Below are positions 19,511 to 28,997 of a stretch of 64,000 nucleotides of DNA, in pieces. The position numbers and the translations under genes were made by a program. This DNA comes from Promethearchaeota archaeon. Lineage in GTDB: Archaea > Asgardarchaeota > Thorarchaeia > Thorarchaeales > Thorarchaeaceae. The first letter of the stretch is position 1. Every line of letters starts with the position of its first letter. Location: NCBI GenBank assembly GCA_014728035.1, contig WJMJ01000079.1, forward strand, positions 108,827 to 172,826, given 5' to 3'. The notes beneath the pieces were generated by a model, which worked only from the letters and a program-made list of their open reading frames with translations, was not told the DNA's origin and ran no database searches.

Positions 19511-19954
19511 ATGACTGATGCACACAAAAGCCCGTGCGTTGCAAGACAGTTAATGGAGGGAATGAAAGCAACCTGTTCCCAGGCAATCCTATCCACCTTT
19601 GGTCCATACATGAACACAGAACTTGATACTGAAACTTGTATGAAGATTGCATCTGCATTCAGTGGTGGTATTAACAATACTGGAAATGTCTGCGGAGCTA
19701 TTACAGGAGCTCTAATGGCAATTGGTCTTGAATTTAGTAACGGAACCCCAATGGATCCTAAAGTGGCTGAGGTTTCTACGAAATTCCTCTGGGAATTCAA
19801 GGCTATGCATGGGTCGATTCTCTGTCGGGATTTGCTCCAGATTGATGCATCCGAAGAGATGGGACTGCAAGCCGCTTTTGAGAGTGGAGCCTTCAACAAG
19901 TGTATGCAAATTGCCCAAGATGTAGCTGAGTTAATGAAATCCTATCTTGAATGA
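19511..19954 (+). CDS. C_GCAxxG_C_C family putative redox-active protein
   Basis: CSQAI, FSGGI..TGNVCGAITGA, HGSILCRDL, NKC; ATG at 19511 preferred. Confidence 0.88.
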   Translation: MTDAHKSPCVARQLMEGMKATCSQAILSTFGPYMNTELDTETCMKIASAFSGGINNTGNVCGAITGALMAIGLEFSNGTPMDPKVAEVSTKFLWEFKAMHGSILCRDLLQIDASEEMGLQAAFESGAFNKCMQIAQDVAELMKSYLE

Positions 19955-20168
19955 AATTCCTGTTGAAAAGGAAGGGACGAACAGATTACTAATGTTATTT
20001 GTAATCTTCAATTCTTTCCTTGTCAGAATTCTTTTCTCTACTACATAGTGAATTAGTAAAAACAAACGTGACTTGATTCTCCATATTTTCTTGGATGTAT
20101 ATATAAGAGTTACAAGCTTAATGTGAATAAAATTGAATTACCAGAATTATCATTTGAGGAAGCAATAA

Positions 20169-20597
20169 ATGCATAAGCTGAAAGAACTTACACTGATTGG
20201 GGGAATCGCGTTCTGGTTGACTACCTTTGTAATTTCTCTAACACCAATTGCTGCTGATTATAGAGCTGCTTTTTCTATTAATTGGGCTTCGATGATTCTT
20301 GTTGAATCTGTGATTGCTGGTATGATTATCGCTGGGATTATCAGCTATGCTTTGATTCGGTATTTTGATAAGATTCCAACAAAAAAACCAGTTTTGAAAT
20401 CACTTTTACTAAGTTTTACTGTCTTTAGTTTTGCTACTATCATGATTCAAGCTGGTTCAGGACTTCTTGTTGATGATTCATTGTATTATGGTATCATTGG
20501 TGTTATTATCAATATCCCTCGATTTTTATTGCTTGGATTAGGGATTGGCTATCAATATACCCGGTTGAACAAACCTGAAGGTTTAGTGACGAAATGA
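20169..20597 (+). CDS. 4-TM membrane protein
   Basis: Four hydrophobic helices; GAGG SD. Confidence 0.75.
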   Translation: MHKLKELTLIGGIAFWLTTFVISLTPIAADYRAAFSINWASMILVESVIAGMIIAGIISYALIRYFDKIPTKKPVLKSLLLSFTVFSFATIMIQAGSGLLVDDSLYYGIIGVIINIPRFLLLGLGIGYQYTRLNKPEGLVTK

Positions 20598-20871
20598 TTT
20601 CTGGGATAAAAGAATTGGTGAGTATTTTCCTATAATGACTAAAAACCACTCCGACCTATTGCGGACGTGCAAATACTCGTAAAATCTTCAGAGTGACATA
20701 AGTTGATCTAGGCAATATTTGCAGATTTCTTTATTACATTCTTTCTATCTATTTGAATTGGTCTTGTATACGAATTCAATATCTTTATCGAACTTATTAG
20801 ATACATGCAGAAACCATTAAAAGACCAACAGGACAAGACTCTCTTGTTCACGTCCAAGATGTGAAAATCAA

Positions 20872-20947
20872 GCCGGTCTGGCGGAGAAGCTTACGCAACA
20901 GACTGCAAATCTGTACCACTTGGGTGCAAATCCCAAGGCCGGCTCCA
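20872..20947 (+). tRNA. tRNA-Cys(GCA), intronless, CCA encoded
   Basis: Acceptor GCCGGTC/GGCCGGC, anticodon arm ACAGA-CTGCAAA-TCTGT, T arm TTGGG-TGCAAAT-CCCAA, U73 discriminator, CCA, downstream pyrimidine tract. Confidence 0.93.
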
Positions 20948-21076
20948 TTCTTTCTTCTCTACCTCTGAATTATAATAATGTGGTGGATGATTATATCAAA
21001 CAATAATGCGAATGATTCAACCATAGTATATTTATACATATTATGATATATTATATCATACTTGAGGATGGACTAG

Positions 21077-21670
21077 TTGACAGAAGCGGCTTTTATCTAC
21101 AAAATATGTGTTATTGGAAATGGAGGAGTAGGTAAAACCAGCGCTGTGAAACGCTATTCTCAAGATGTGTTTTCTGAAGACTATCAAGTAACTGTAGGCG
21201 TTCAGCATTCTTCACAGACAATTGAGATTGATGGAGAAGATGGACCTATGAAAGTCAAGACCATCGTGTGGGACCTAGGAGGACAAGATAAGTTCAAGTT
21301 TGTTCGTCCAATGTTCTATAGAGCAGCTCGAGGACTAGTTCTGATGTTTGACATTACTGATAAGAAGTCTTTTGAAGACCTGCCAAAATGGATCAAAGAA
21401 GCTGAATCAAATATTGGCCAATCGGTTCCTATTATCCTAGTTGCGAATAAGATAGATTTGGATAATCATGCGATTGAAATACATGAAATTGAAAGATATG
21501 CTGATTTTATTGGAGCACAATATATTCTCGCCTCGGTTAAGACTGGTGAGAATGTAGATAATGTATTCAAGAAGATTGGAGAAGCGTTATACAACAATCG
21601 TGAACCGAATGTTCAAAATGGCACTGAAAATGTCACATCTATGTCAACAGTTGGACGTGCATCAATCTAG
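21077..21670 (+). CDS. Rab-like small GTPase (eukaryotic signature protein)
   Basis: G1 GNGGVGKT, G2 TVGV, G3 WDLGGQ, FYRAARG, G4 NKID, G5 SVK; no C-terminal prenylation Cys. Confidence 0.93.
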   Translation: MTEAAFIYKICVIGNGGVGKTSAVKRYSQDVFSEDYQVTVGVQHSSQTIEIDGEDGPMKVKTIVWDLGGQDKFKFVRPMFYRAARGLVLMFDITDKKSFEDLPKWIKEAESNIGQSVPIILVANKIDLDNHAIEIHEIERYADFIGAQYILASVKTGENVDNVFKKIGEALYNNREPNVQNGTENVTSMSTVGRASI

Positions 21671-21723
21671 TCTGTCTTCAGTAGATTTTTACTTGATTAT
21701 TTCTGAAGACATATTGTATTCCC

Positions 21724-23925
21724 TTGAGCTACGAGATTGAGGATATTGCAAAATCCATTCTAAAAGAGATAGGCGAACCAGTTATTGATGAAATAGTTGT
21801 AGAAAGGAATGTAAATAGAGTAACAACAGAATCTATCCGAATTGCTGCCCTTATTCAGTCATTCTCCAAGTTTACTGGAATAAATTCTGTCAAAATACTG
21901 GAATCGTCCCGATGTCCGTTCTTATCTCTGTCTTATCCTGCTGAACAAAACGATATATCATTGGCCCAAGTCAAATCTCTCGTCAGAGATTTAGTGCAAC
22001 AGGAAGATGATTTTGGTTTTCCTATTTCGACTATGACTACCACTGGATATATTGATTTGATGCATCAAATTCACTCGATTGGTGTATTTAATCCACTAAT
22101 GAGTCATCATGTGAAAAAGAGACGACAAACGGGTGCAATCTATACTCCATTTGTCATGGCTCATTATATCACTAAGAAAGCTCTTACTCCTGTTCTGAAA
22201 GAACACAATAGACATCAGGATGTTGAAAAACTCCTATCCTTCAAGATGGTGGACCCTGCTGCTGGACCTGGAGTTTTCCTTATTGCTCTACTTTCAGAGA
22301 TGGTGTCTCATATAGAATCTGTAACCAATAATGCAGAATTGGAAACGGATTATGATATGGTTGCGATAAGAAAAAGAATTGCAGAAAATATCTATGGAGT
22401 TGACTTGGATAGAGCTGCTCTAGATATTGCGGACATCTCTATCAGTCTCTTAAGTGACGAAGATTTTCTAGGGCCTCCCAAATTCCTTGGTGTGACTTTG
22501 AAACAGGGTAATTCTCTTATTTCGTTAAAAGGTATGAGTGGAAAAGAGGACCATCAGCAATTTTTTTCGAATCCTGAAATACGACTACCTTTTGAATGGA
22601 GAATTGAATTTCCAGAAGTATTTCAAACCGAGCATCCCGGTTTTGATTGTGTTGTGATGAACCCTCCATATAATCGGCTAAAACCAAATCTTGCAGAATT
22701 TCTTCGAGAACGATTAGTAGAAGGTGATCGTGAGATTCGTATGAGCAGCTTTGACGAACATAAAGAAAGACTTTCAGAAGATGTTTCTTATTTCCGGAAA
22801 TCCGGAGAGTATCAGCTAGCCAATAGTTATACTATTGACACATATCGATTATTTATCGAGCGTGCTATCCAATTAGCAAATTCAGAAGGTAGACTTGGTT
22901 TTATTGTCCCATCAACACTACTTGGTGATTTATCAGCTAGGAACCTTCGTGAATACTTGCTGAAAGAATCTGCGATTGAAGGCGTAGAGGTATATACTGA
23001 ACAGGCGTATCTGTTTGATGGTGTTACACAATCTGTATGCATCGTTACAACAAAACTTGGTCTTGAGAGTGATGATATTGATTTCAGGTTTGGTGGAACG
23101 GGATTAGGAGCTTTCTCCCCCAACAAATCACTCACATTACAAAAATCTGAACTAGAACAGGTATCTGGGTCTTCGATAGTATTCCCACAAGTTACCCGAC
23201 GTGGTCTTGATATTTTGCAAAAGCTTCATAGGCATTCTACTCTCAGCTCAATGGATTGGTTAGTCATTTATCGGGGAGAATTGGACCTAACACAGAATTC
23301 ATCATTCATTCAAGATGATAGAAAACATGCGTTACTTATTCGTGGTGCAAACATAAGACGATTTAGAATTGAGAAGTCATCCATTCAGCAATCAGTTCCT
23401 CTTGAGAAATTCATAGAGCATCTGAGCAGTTCTCGAAGGCAACCACATATCATGCAAAATCGGATTGCGTGCCAACAAATATCGAACAGGTCTCAAAGAT
23501 GGAGATTGAAATTTACTAGGATTGCTCCTAATACTATATTGGCTAATTCATGCAATTATATTGCAATTTCAAATTCTCATTCTGATATATACCTTGATTA
23601 TTTGTTAGGTGTTCTTAATTCAAGTCTTCTAAATTGGAGATTTTCACTCACAAACACGAATAATCACGTTTCAAATCGCGAATTAGCAAGTCTTCCAATT
23701 GTTGATCCGGATATTGCAAAATATGAACAGAAGCAGGTAATTCAGAATATAATCAACATTGTACAGAATCTCTCTTTGAACGATTACAATACAATTCCTC
23801 TTGATATTGAGGTTTTCAGGTTATTCGGATTTGATGCTTCTGAGGCTAGAGAAGTGTTATTCCAGCAAAAGGCGGAGGCGTTTGAGATCAGTGAAATATG
23901 TTCTGCTTTGGACTATAACTCATAG
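21724..23925 (+). CDS. N6-adenine DNA methyltransferase, Alw26I/Eco31I/Esp3I-type (gamma class)
   Basis: GAIYTP, VDPAAGPGVFL, NIYGVDLD, VMNPPY, C-terminal TRD with RIACQQISN...RLKF and LGVLNSSLLNWRF...NNHVSNREL. Confidence 0.88.
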   Translation: MSYEIEDIAKSILKEIGEPVIDEIVVERNVNRVTTESIRIAALIQSFSKFTGINSVKILESSRCPFLSLSYPAEQNDISLAQVKSLVRDLVQQEDDFGFPISTMTTTGYIDLMHQIHSIGVFNPLMSHHVKKRRQTGAIYTPFVMAHYITKKALTPVLKEHNRHQDVEKLLSFKMVDPAAGPGVFLIALLSEMVSHIESVTNNAELETDYDMVAIRKRIAENIYGVDLDRAALDIADISISLLSDEDFLGPPKFLGVTLKQGNSLISLKGMSGKEDHQQFFSNPEIRLPFEWRIEFPEVFQTEHPGFDCVVMNPPYNRLKPNLAEFLRERLVEGDREIRMSSFDEHKERLSEDVSYFRKSGEYQLANSYTIDTYRLFIERAIQLANSEGRLGFIVPSTLLGDLSARNLREYLLKESAIEGVEVYTEQAYLFDGVTQSVCIVTTKLGLESDDIDFRFGGTGLGAFSPNKSLTLQKSELEQVSGSSIVFPQVTRRGLDILQKLHRHSTLSSMDWLVIYRGELDLTQNSSFIQDDRKHALLIRGANIRRFRIEKSSIQQSVPLEKFIEHLSSSRRQPHIMQNRIACQQISNRSQRWRLKFTRIAPNTILANSCNYIAISNSHSDIYLDYLLGVLNSSLLNWRFSLTNTNNHVSNRELASLPIVDPDIAKYEQKQVIQNIINIVQNLSLNDYNTIPLDIEVFRLFGFDASEAREVLFQQKAEAFEISEICSALDYNS

Positions 23926-23978
23926 ACTAATTACATGAACATAACCTTTTCATAGAGTAAAATCTACTATTGCTTTGA

Positions 23979-25208
23979 ATGGGTATGGTCCTGGTTCAAG
24001 CGGAACAGGTGCGTCCACATGTTTCAGTGGATTCACTATTCAATCATGTATCAGCAACTCTTAGTCAGTTGGATATGGAAATGGTATATTCTGTTCCCCC
24101 CGGAGGGAACTGGCAAGACATTCCCCTTGAAGTGGCGAAGAAATCAAAACGATTAATGCAAATCAGAGAATCTGGTGGTCGAACCACATACTATGGCCGT
24201 ATGCATCCTAACCATCCAAGTTATACAATAAGCACATATTTTAATCGTCCGGGAAATGGTACTTTTATCCATCCATTTCAAGATAGACTCATCTCCCTTC
24301 GTGAAGGCGCTCGTCTTCAGTCCTTCTCCGATTCTTATAGGTTCCTTGGCTCTCAATCTTCAATGTATAAACAGATTGGAAATGCAGTCCCTCCATTACT
24401 AGCAAGATCTATCGGAAATAGTATTCCTAGGGGATTAGTTGTAGACGTATTTGCGGGAGCAGGGGGTCTCTCAGAAGGATTAGTTCAATCTGGTCATCAA
24501 GTGATTGTTGCTGGAGACAATAATCGAAATATGTGTATGACATATGCATATAATCATCCAGAAACAAAGACATCTCTATCAGACCTAACAAACCCCGAAG
24601 AATTTCAATCTTTTTGCAAGCTAGTTGAAGATGAATTGCATGGCCGAACACTGCAACTAATCGTGGGTGGACCGCCTTGTCAAGGATTTTCTACTGCAGG
24701 AAAGTGGGATAGTACTGATTCTAGAAACTCATTAGTTGTTCCTATGCTCAGAATGATTCAAAGATTTCTACCTGAATATGTTTTGATTGAAAATGTTTTG
24801 GGTTTGAAATGGATGAAAAATGGAGATATTCTTGAAAGAATTATAGCAATTCTTGAAAATATAGGGTATAACACTAGCTGGTTTAAAATCAAAGCTGAAT
24901 CTTATGGTGTACCTCAACGAAGAAGAAGGATATTTGTTATTGGCTCAAGGTCAGATCAATATGATTTTCCAGAACCACAATTTGCTTCAATAAAAACGTC
25001 AAGAAATAGATCCATAGTCACATATTCTAGTAGTTGTCTTCCAGTTCCCATCTCGGTCGGTTCGGCAATCTTTGATTTACCTGAAATAGAACCTGGTACT
25101 AGCTCACATATACAATCATATGACATGAAAAACATTGATTCGATGTATCAGAAGTATATGCGGGGAAAGACATCTTATGAAACTTTTCTCAAATCTCATA
25201 ATTCGTGA
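23979..25208 (+). CDS. Circularly permuted C5-cytosine DNA methyltransferase (M.Alw26I/M2.Eco31I-type)
   Basis: TRD and motifs IX/X (REGARLQSF, KQIGNAVPP) come before motif I (DVFAGAGG), IV (GGPPCQGFS), VI (IENV) and VIII (YGVPQRRRR); family N-terminus NHVSATLSQLDMEMVYSVPPGGNWQDIP. Confidence 0.92.
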   Translation: MGMVLVQAEQVRPHVSVDSLFNHVSATLSQLDMEMVYSVPPGGNWQDIPLEVAKKSKRLMQIRESGGRTTYYGRMHPNHPSYTISTYFNRPGNGTFIHPFQDRLISLREGARLQSFSDSYRFLGSQSSMYKQIGNAVPPLLARSIGNSIPRGLVVDVFAGAGGLSEGLVQSGHQVIVAGDNNRNMCMTYAYNHPETKTSLSDLTNPEEFQSFCKLVEDELHGRTLQLIVGGPPCQGFSTAGKWDSTDSRNSLVVPMLRMIQRFLPEYVLIENVLGLKWMKNGDILERIIAILENIGYNTSWFKIKAESYGVPQRRRRIFVIGSRSDQYDFPEPQFASIKTSRNRSIVTYSSSCLPVPISVGSAIFDLPEIEPGTSSHIQSYDMKNIDSMYQKYMRGKTSYETFLKSHNS

Positions 25209-25278
25209 TTTGCGGATAGTTTTTCCATAGAAGTCTTTTACCTTATCACCTTTGAATTTACACGATGGAGTAATAATC

Positions 25279-26967
25279 TTGATAGCGTATGCGGCTTTGG
25301 TCGATTTGCTTGGTGGTCGAGTTATCTGTGAACTCAATCTTGTTGGAGATGATACACAACAAGAACAAATTGACATGGCTGTCGATAGCTATTTCGCATT
25401 ATTACAAGCAGGTCTAAAAAATGAATGTAATCCAGCTGAAATTTCAGGAAAGGCAACTGCACTCTGTAAGATTAATGATATCACCCTACTTGTATGCTTT
25501 GGCGAGAGTATTTCATTTGAACCGGAAGAGTTTGGAAAGATTGAATCTTTGATGTCTGAAATTAAATCAAGACTTGGAGAAAAATCAGCTAGAAATGTTC
25601 GTGGGATTTTTCCTGACATTGCACTTAAACACCTTCAACAATCTGTGAATGTGTTCTTCATTTCTCATAATAAACCTAGAAGAGATAATTCTTCTGGAAA
25701 AGCAATAGTGAAGATATTTCAAAGCAGAATTGACAAAGATAAAGGTTCTATTCATGTTGGTCCTTTTCTTATTTTCACTAACAAGGCATCAGCTGAAGAG
25801 ATTGATGTAGAGGAAATAGAGAATATTGAGAATTATGATATCTTTGTGTTTGTTATATCTTCACCGATTTGGCCCGAGTCACTAATTAAAAATTTGATAA
25901 ACGATATCCGTAAATCAACAGGTGCGAGAATTCTTGTGGTTCCTGGATCTGATGAGTATCTTGAAATCGCACGGAAGTACGAAGAAAAATACGAGATTTT
26001 GCTTTGCGATTCTGTTTCGTCTGATCCTCAGCAATTACTTGTAGCAGTTTTGGCCTATAGTGGTTTTTCCCATATTCAACCAGAAATCGCTTTGGAAAAT
26101 TGGACTATTGATGTTATTGAACAGCCCAGTGAATCGGATGAAGACGAATTGGAAGAAGTAGAATCCTTGGGTCATCAAGCATTTTTTGTTGTGGATAAAC
26201 TGACTGGTAATCCTGTATATACTTATTTTTATGACCAGCAATCTGTGCTTCTTGATAGAATCCCTAATGTCGTAGCTGCTATTTCTGCACTTTCTGTCGA
26301 TCCAACTGCTAGTACTACAACATCTGTTGTGCGAACAGGAAATCTAAATTATGCAATTATTGAACGAAATGACCTGATTTTCACACTAATAACCGGTGTT
26401 AGTGAGGATGCAGATGCTATCAGGTCTAAATTTGCATTTCTACCGGACTTGTATTTTGATGAGGCTCCTGAAGGAATAATTGAGCATTCCTCTCCCTATT
26501 CTAGTCCTCCTTTCACATTAAAACTACTTGCAACACTTCCCCCTGATAATCTACCTGGTAGACTTATTCCTGTGAGAAAAAATGAACCAAAATGGGAGAA
26601 ATTCAAGGAGGAATCAGTAAAGGATTTCATCCATGCTATTTGGAATACGATTGATGGCTCAAATCAAATTTCTAGAATGGCAGTAGGAGAAGGACCTTTA
26701 CTTGTTATAGGTGCATTGCATCTTCTGAAATCTTTGGATGCTATTGATTTCAAAGTGAAGATTGAACAAGGAGATATTCCCATCCTTAAAACACGAGACC
26801 TTACTGGTATTCAATTACCTTATTCCAATATCAATTCAGTATTGGATTTTATTGATGGGTCAACATCTCTAGGTGAGATTAGTGAGAGCACAAAAATTGA
26901 TGTTGCTGTTCTTAGGACAGTTTTTCGAACACTCTATATGAAAGGAGTAATTGAATTCGTTCGGTAG
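25279..26967 (+). CDS. Longin / degenerate G-domain / longin / 2x winged-helix protein (pseudo-GTPase paralog of the next gene)
   Basis: Colinear similarity to 27129-28997; wHTH repeats IDGSNQISRM...GALHLLKSLDAIDF and IDGSTSLGEI...FRTLYMKGVIEF; TTG at 25279 after GGAG aligns the N-termini (track start 25252). Confidence 0.7.
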   Translation: MIAYAALVDLLGGRVICELNLVGDDTQQEQIDMAVDSYFALLQAGLKNECNPAEISGKATALCKINDITLLVCFGESISFEPEEFGKIESLMSEIKSRLGEKSARNVRGIFPDIALKHLQQSVNVFFISHNKPRRDNSSGKAIVKIFQSRIDKDKGSIHVGPFLIFTNKASAEEIDVEEIENIENYDIFVFVISSPIWPESLIKNLINDIRKSTGARILVVPGSDEYLEIARKYEEKYEILLCDSVSSDPQQLLVAVLAYSGFSHIQPEIALENWTIDVIEQPSESDEDELEEVESLGHQAFFVVDKLTGNPVYTYFYDQQSVLLDRIPNVVAAISALSVDPTASTTTSVVRTGNLNYAIIERNDLIFTLITGVSEDADAIRSKFAFLPDLYFDEAPEGIIEHSSPYSSPPFTLKLLATLPPDNLPGRLIPVRKNEPKWEKFKEESVKDFIHAIWNTIDGSNQISRMAVGEGPLLVIGALHLLKSLDAIDFKVKIEQGDIPILKTRDLTGIQLPYSNINSVLDFIDGSTSLGEISESTKIDVAVLRTVFRTLYMKGVIEFVR

Positions 26968-27128
26968 TGTATATAATTATGGAGATACTGACTGACCTAG
27001 ATGATCATGATTCTACTGTTTGTCTTGTATGTTATAGATACTTTATTCAAGCAATTATACAAAAACAAGACGTGAATGATATACAATTGAGTTTATGTCG
27101 CACTTTATCCCATGGAGGTTTCAGCTAA

Positions 27129-28997
27129 TTGATTCATAATGTTCTATTGGTGAAAAAAACAGATGGTGAAGTCGTCACCCGTACGCGATTTTGGCGAATT
27201 GATTTCACCGAATCAGATATTCAGGATTTCATAATTGGTTATCGTGATGTACTGAATACTGAAGGTCTGGCACCAGACACACCTGTTTTTGTTGGGACTC
27301 ATAAAATCTTCCATGGTGATGTTGATGATGATATGATTCTCATGTTTGTCACTGATGGACGTGATGAGGACCGTACAATTAAGACAAAAGTTCGTAAAGG
27401 TGCAAAGGAGATATCTACTGCACGACGAGGTAATTCTATTGGTTATATCCGTGATAATTTAGAAGACATTCTTGGCGATCTTATCTTCACACGTTTCAAA
27501 GTATCCTTTGTAGGAAGTGGTGGTGTTGGAAAAAGCACACTTCTCAGACTTCTATTTGGTAAAGAACCTGCTCCTGGTGGCTATACACCCACTATCAATG
27601 TTGCTGTGGATAGTAGTGAAACAGTGCAGTTTGGTACTTTCTTAATTACGCTATGGGATTTTGCAGGACAGGCTGTTTTCCAAGATTTATGGGAGTTTTA
27701 TTTCTCAGGAACTGACGTAATATTTCTCATCTGTGATAGTAGCTTCCGAAATGTCATGCAGACGAAGACTTTGCTCAGGAATATTAGAAAAGAAGCTCCT
27801 GGTGTTCCATTGTATATTATTGCTAACAAACAAGACCTACCAGAATCTATGCGTGCTGATAAGATTCAGAGGTTATTGGGTGCTTCAACCTTTCCAATGA
27901 TAGCAGTAGACAAAGAGCGGAGATTACAATTTATCCGGTTCATGTTAGAAGTGACGACAAAGACTGTCGGTGTTGAACTTCCAGATAGACCTGTGTCTGA
28001 AATGATTACAGTTCGGCGAGAAACTGAACCAGAGCACGAACCTCCGGGACCCGATAAAAAGAAAGACCAAAAAGATCCTAAAACTACAACAGACAAAACT
28101 TCTGATGAAAAAGAAGAAGACATTCCTGATGTTCCTACCAAAATACTGCAGCTATTGTTCATTGTACAGAATCAAAATATGTACGAAATATCAATCCATC
28201 TGAATTATACTCAGGAAGAGGTTGATCCAAGTTCAATTACATCATTGATTAATGCACTTGATATGTTTAAGGGGATGGGGGATGAGGGTTTAGACCCATC
28301 AAAACAAACTGATGCTCTAAAAACAATTGAACATGATGGAAAAGCAGGTAATCATACTTGGGTAGAAAAGACAGATCATTTTATCCTAGCTGCCATAGTA
28401 GATAGTAAACGAGATGAGGACGAAATTCGAGTTATTATGAGGGCACTTCTATCTGAAGCAGAATCACGTTTCGAACAAGAATTGAATACAAGAAACGAAA
28501 GTGAACCTCTAGATATCTCCATGTTTGAACCACTAGTCTTTGAAATCTTAACACACTATCCGCTAAGAAAGCTGGGCTTGAACTACTTGGTTAGAACTAG
28601 AGAGGTTGGAAAACCCCTTCCATTTGATAATCGCGAAGTGGGACATGCGGTCGTCGCAGTGAAATCCGCCATTGATGGGACAACTACGGTAGGAGGTCTC
28701 GTAAGATCTCTTGACCTACCAAGAGAAAAAGTCATGGGTGCTTTGCAAATCATGGAAAAGTATGGATGGATTGATTTCAAGGTTGATATTGGGCCAGACT
28801 CCGTTCTACTGAAAATTGCAGAACCCGATCCTGAAATCGGAGACATTTATGGTCCTGTGATGCTTGAACTGATCAATCGTTGTGATGGAAAAACGGCTCT
28901 AAAGGATATCGTCAAACAATTGAAGATTTCTTTGCCCCCAGTGATTTTCGTAGTAACCAAACTCGTTCTTGATGGAGTTCTTGAAGTAGTGGCATGA
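27129..28997 (+). CDS. Multidomain Arf-like GTPase: longin / GTPase / longin / 2x winged helix
   Basis: G1 GSGGVGKS, G2 PTI, G3 WDFAGQ, LWEFYF, G4 NKQD; charged linker; longin-like VDPSSITSLINALDMF; two DG-led wHTH repeats. Confidence 0.85.
   Translation: MIHNVLLVKKTDGEVVTRTRFWRIDFTESDIQDFIIGYRDVLNTEGLAPDTPVFVGTHKIFHGDVDDDMILMFVTDGRDEDRTIKTKVRKGAKEISTARRGNSIGYIRDNLEDILGDLIFTRFKVSFVGSGGVGKSTLLRLLFGKEPAPGGYTPTINVAVDSSETVQFGTFLITLWDFAGQAVFQDLWEFYFSGTDVIFLICDSSFRNVMQTKTLLRNIRKEAPGVPLYIIANKQDLPESMRADKIQRLLGASTFPMIAVDKERRLQFIRFMLEVTTKTVGVELPDRPVSEMITVRRETEPEHEPPGPDKKKDQKDPKTTTDKTSDEKEEDIPDVPTKILQLLFIVQNQNMYEISIHLNYTQEEVDPSSITSLINALDMFKGMGDEGLDPSKQTDALKTIEHDGKAGNHTWVEKTDHFILAAIVDSKRDEDEIRVIMRALLSEAESRFEQELNTRNESEPLDISMFEPLVFEILTHYPLRKLGLNYLVRTREVGKPLPFDNREVGHAVVAVKSAIDGTTTVGGLVRSLDLPREKVMGALQIMEKYGWIDFKVDIGPDSVLLKIAEPDPEIGDIYGPVMLELINRCDGKTALKDIVKQLKISLPPVIFVVTKLVLDGVLEVVA

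Noticed and set aside
20872-25208. tRNA-Cys as the integration site of an island carrying the methyltransferases
   Set aside because: No duplicated tRNA 3' end (att) or integrase was found by eye, and the first downstream gene is a host-type Rab-like GTPase
25252-26967. Cognate restriction endonuclease of the MTase pair
   Set aside because: No HNH or PD-(D/E)xK motif recognised; the protein aligns with the downstream longin-GTPase instead
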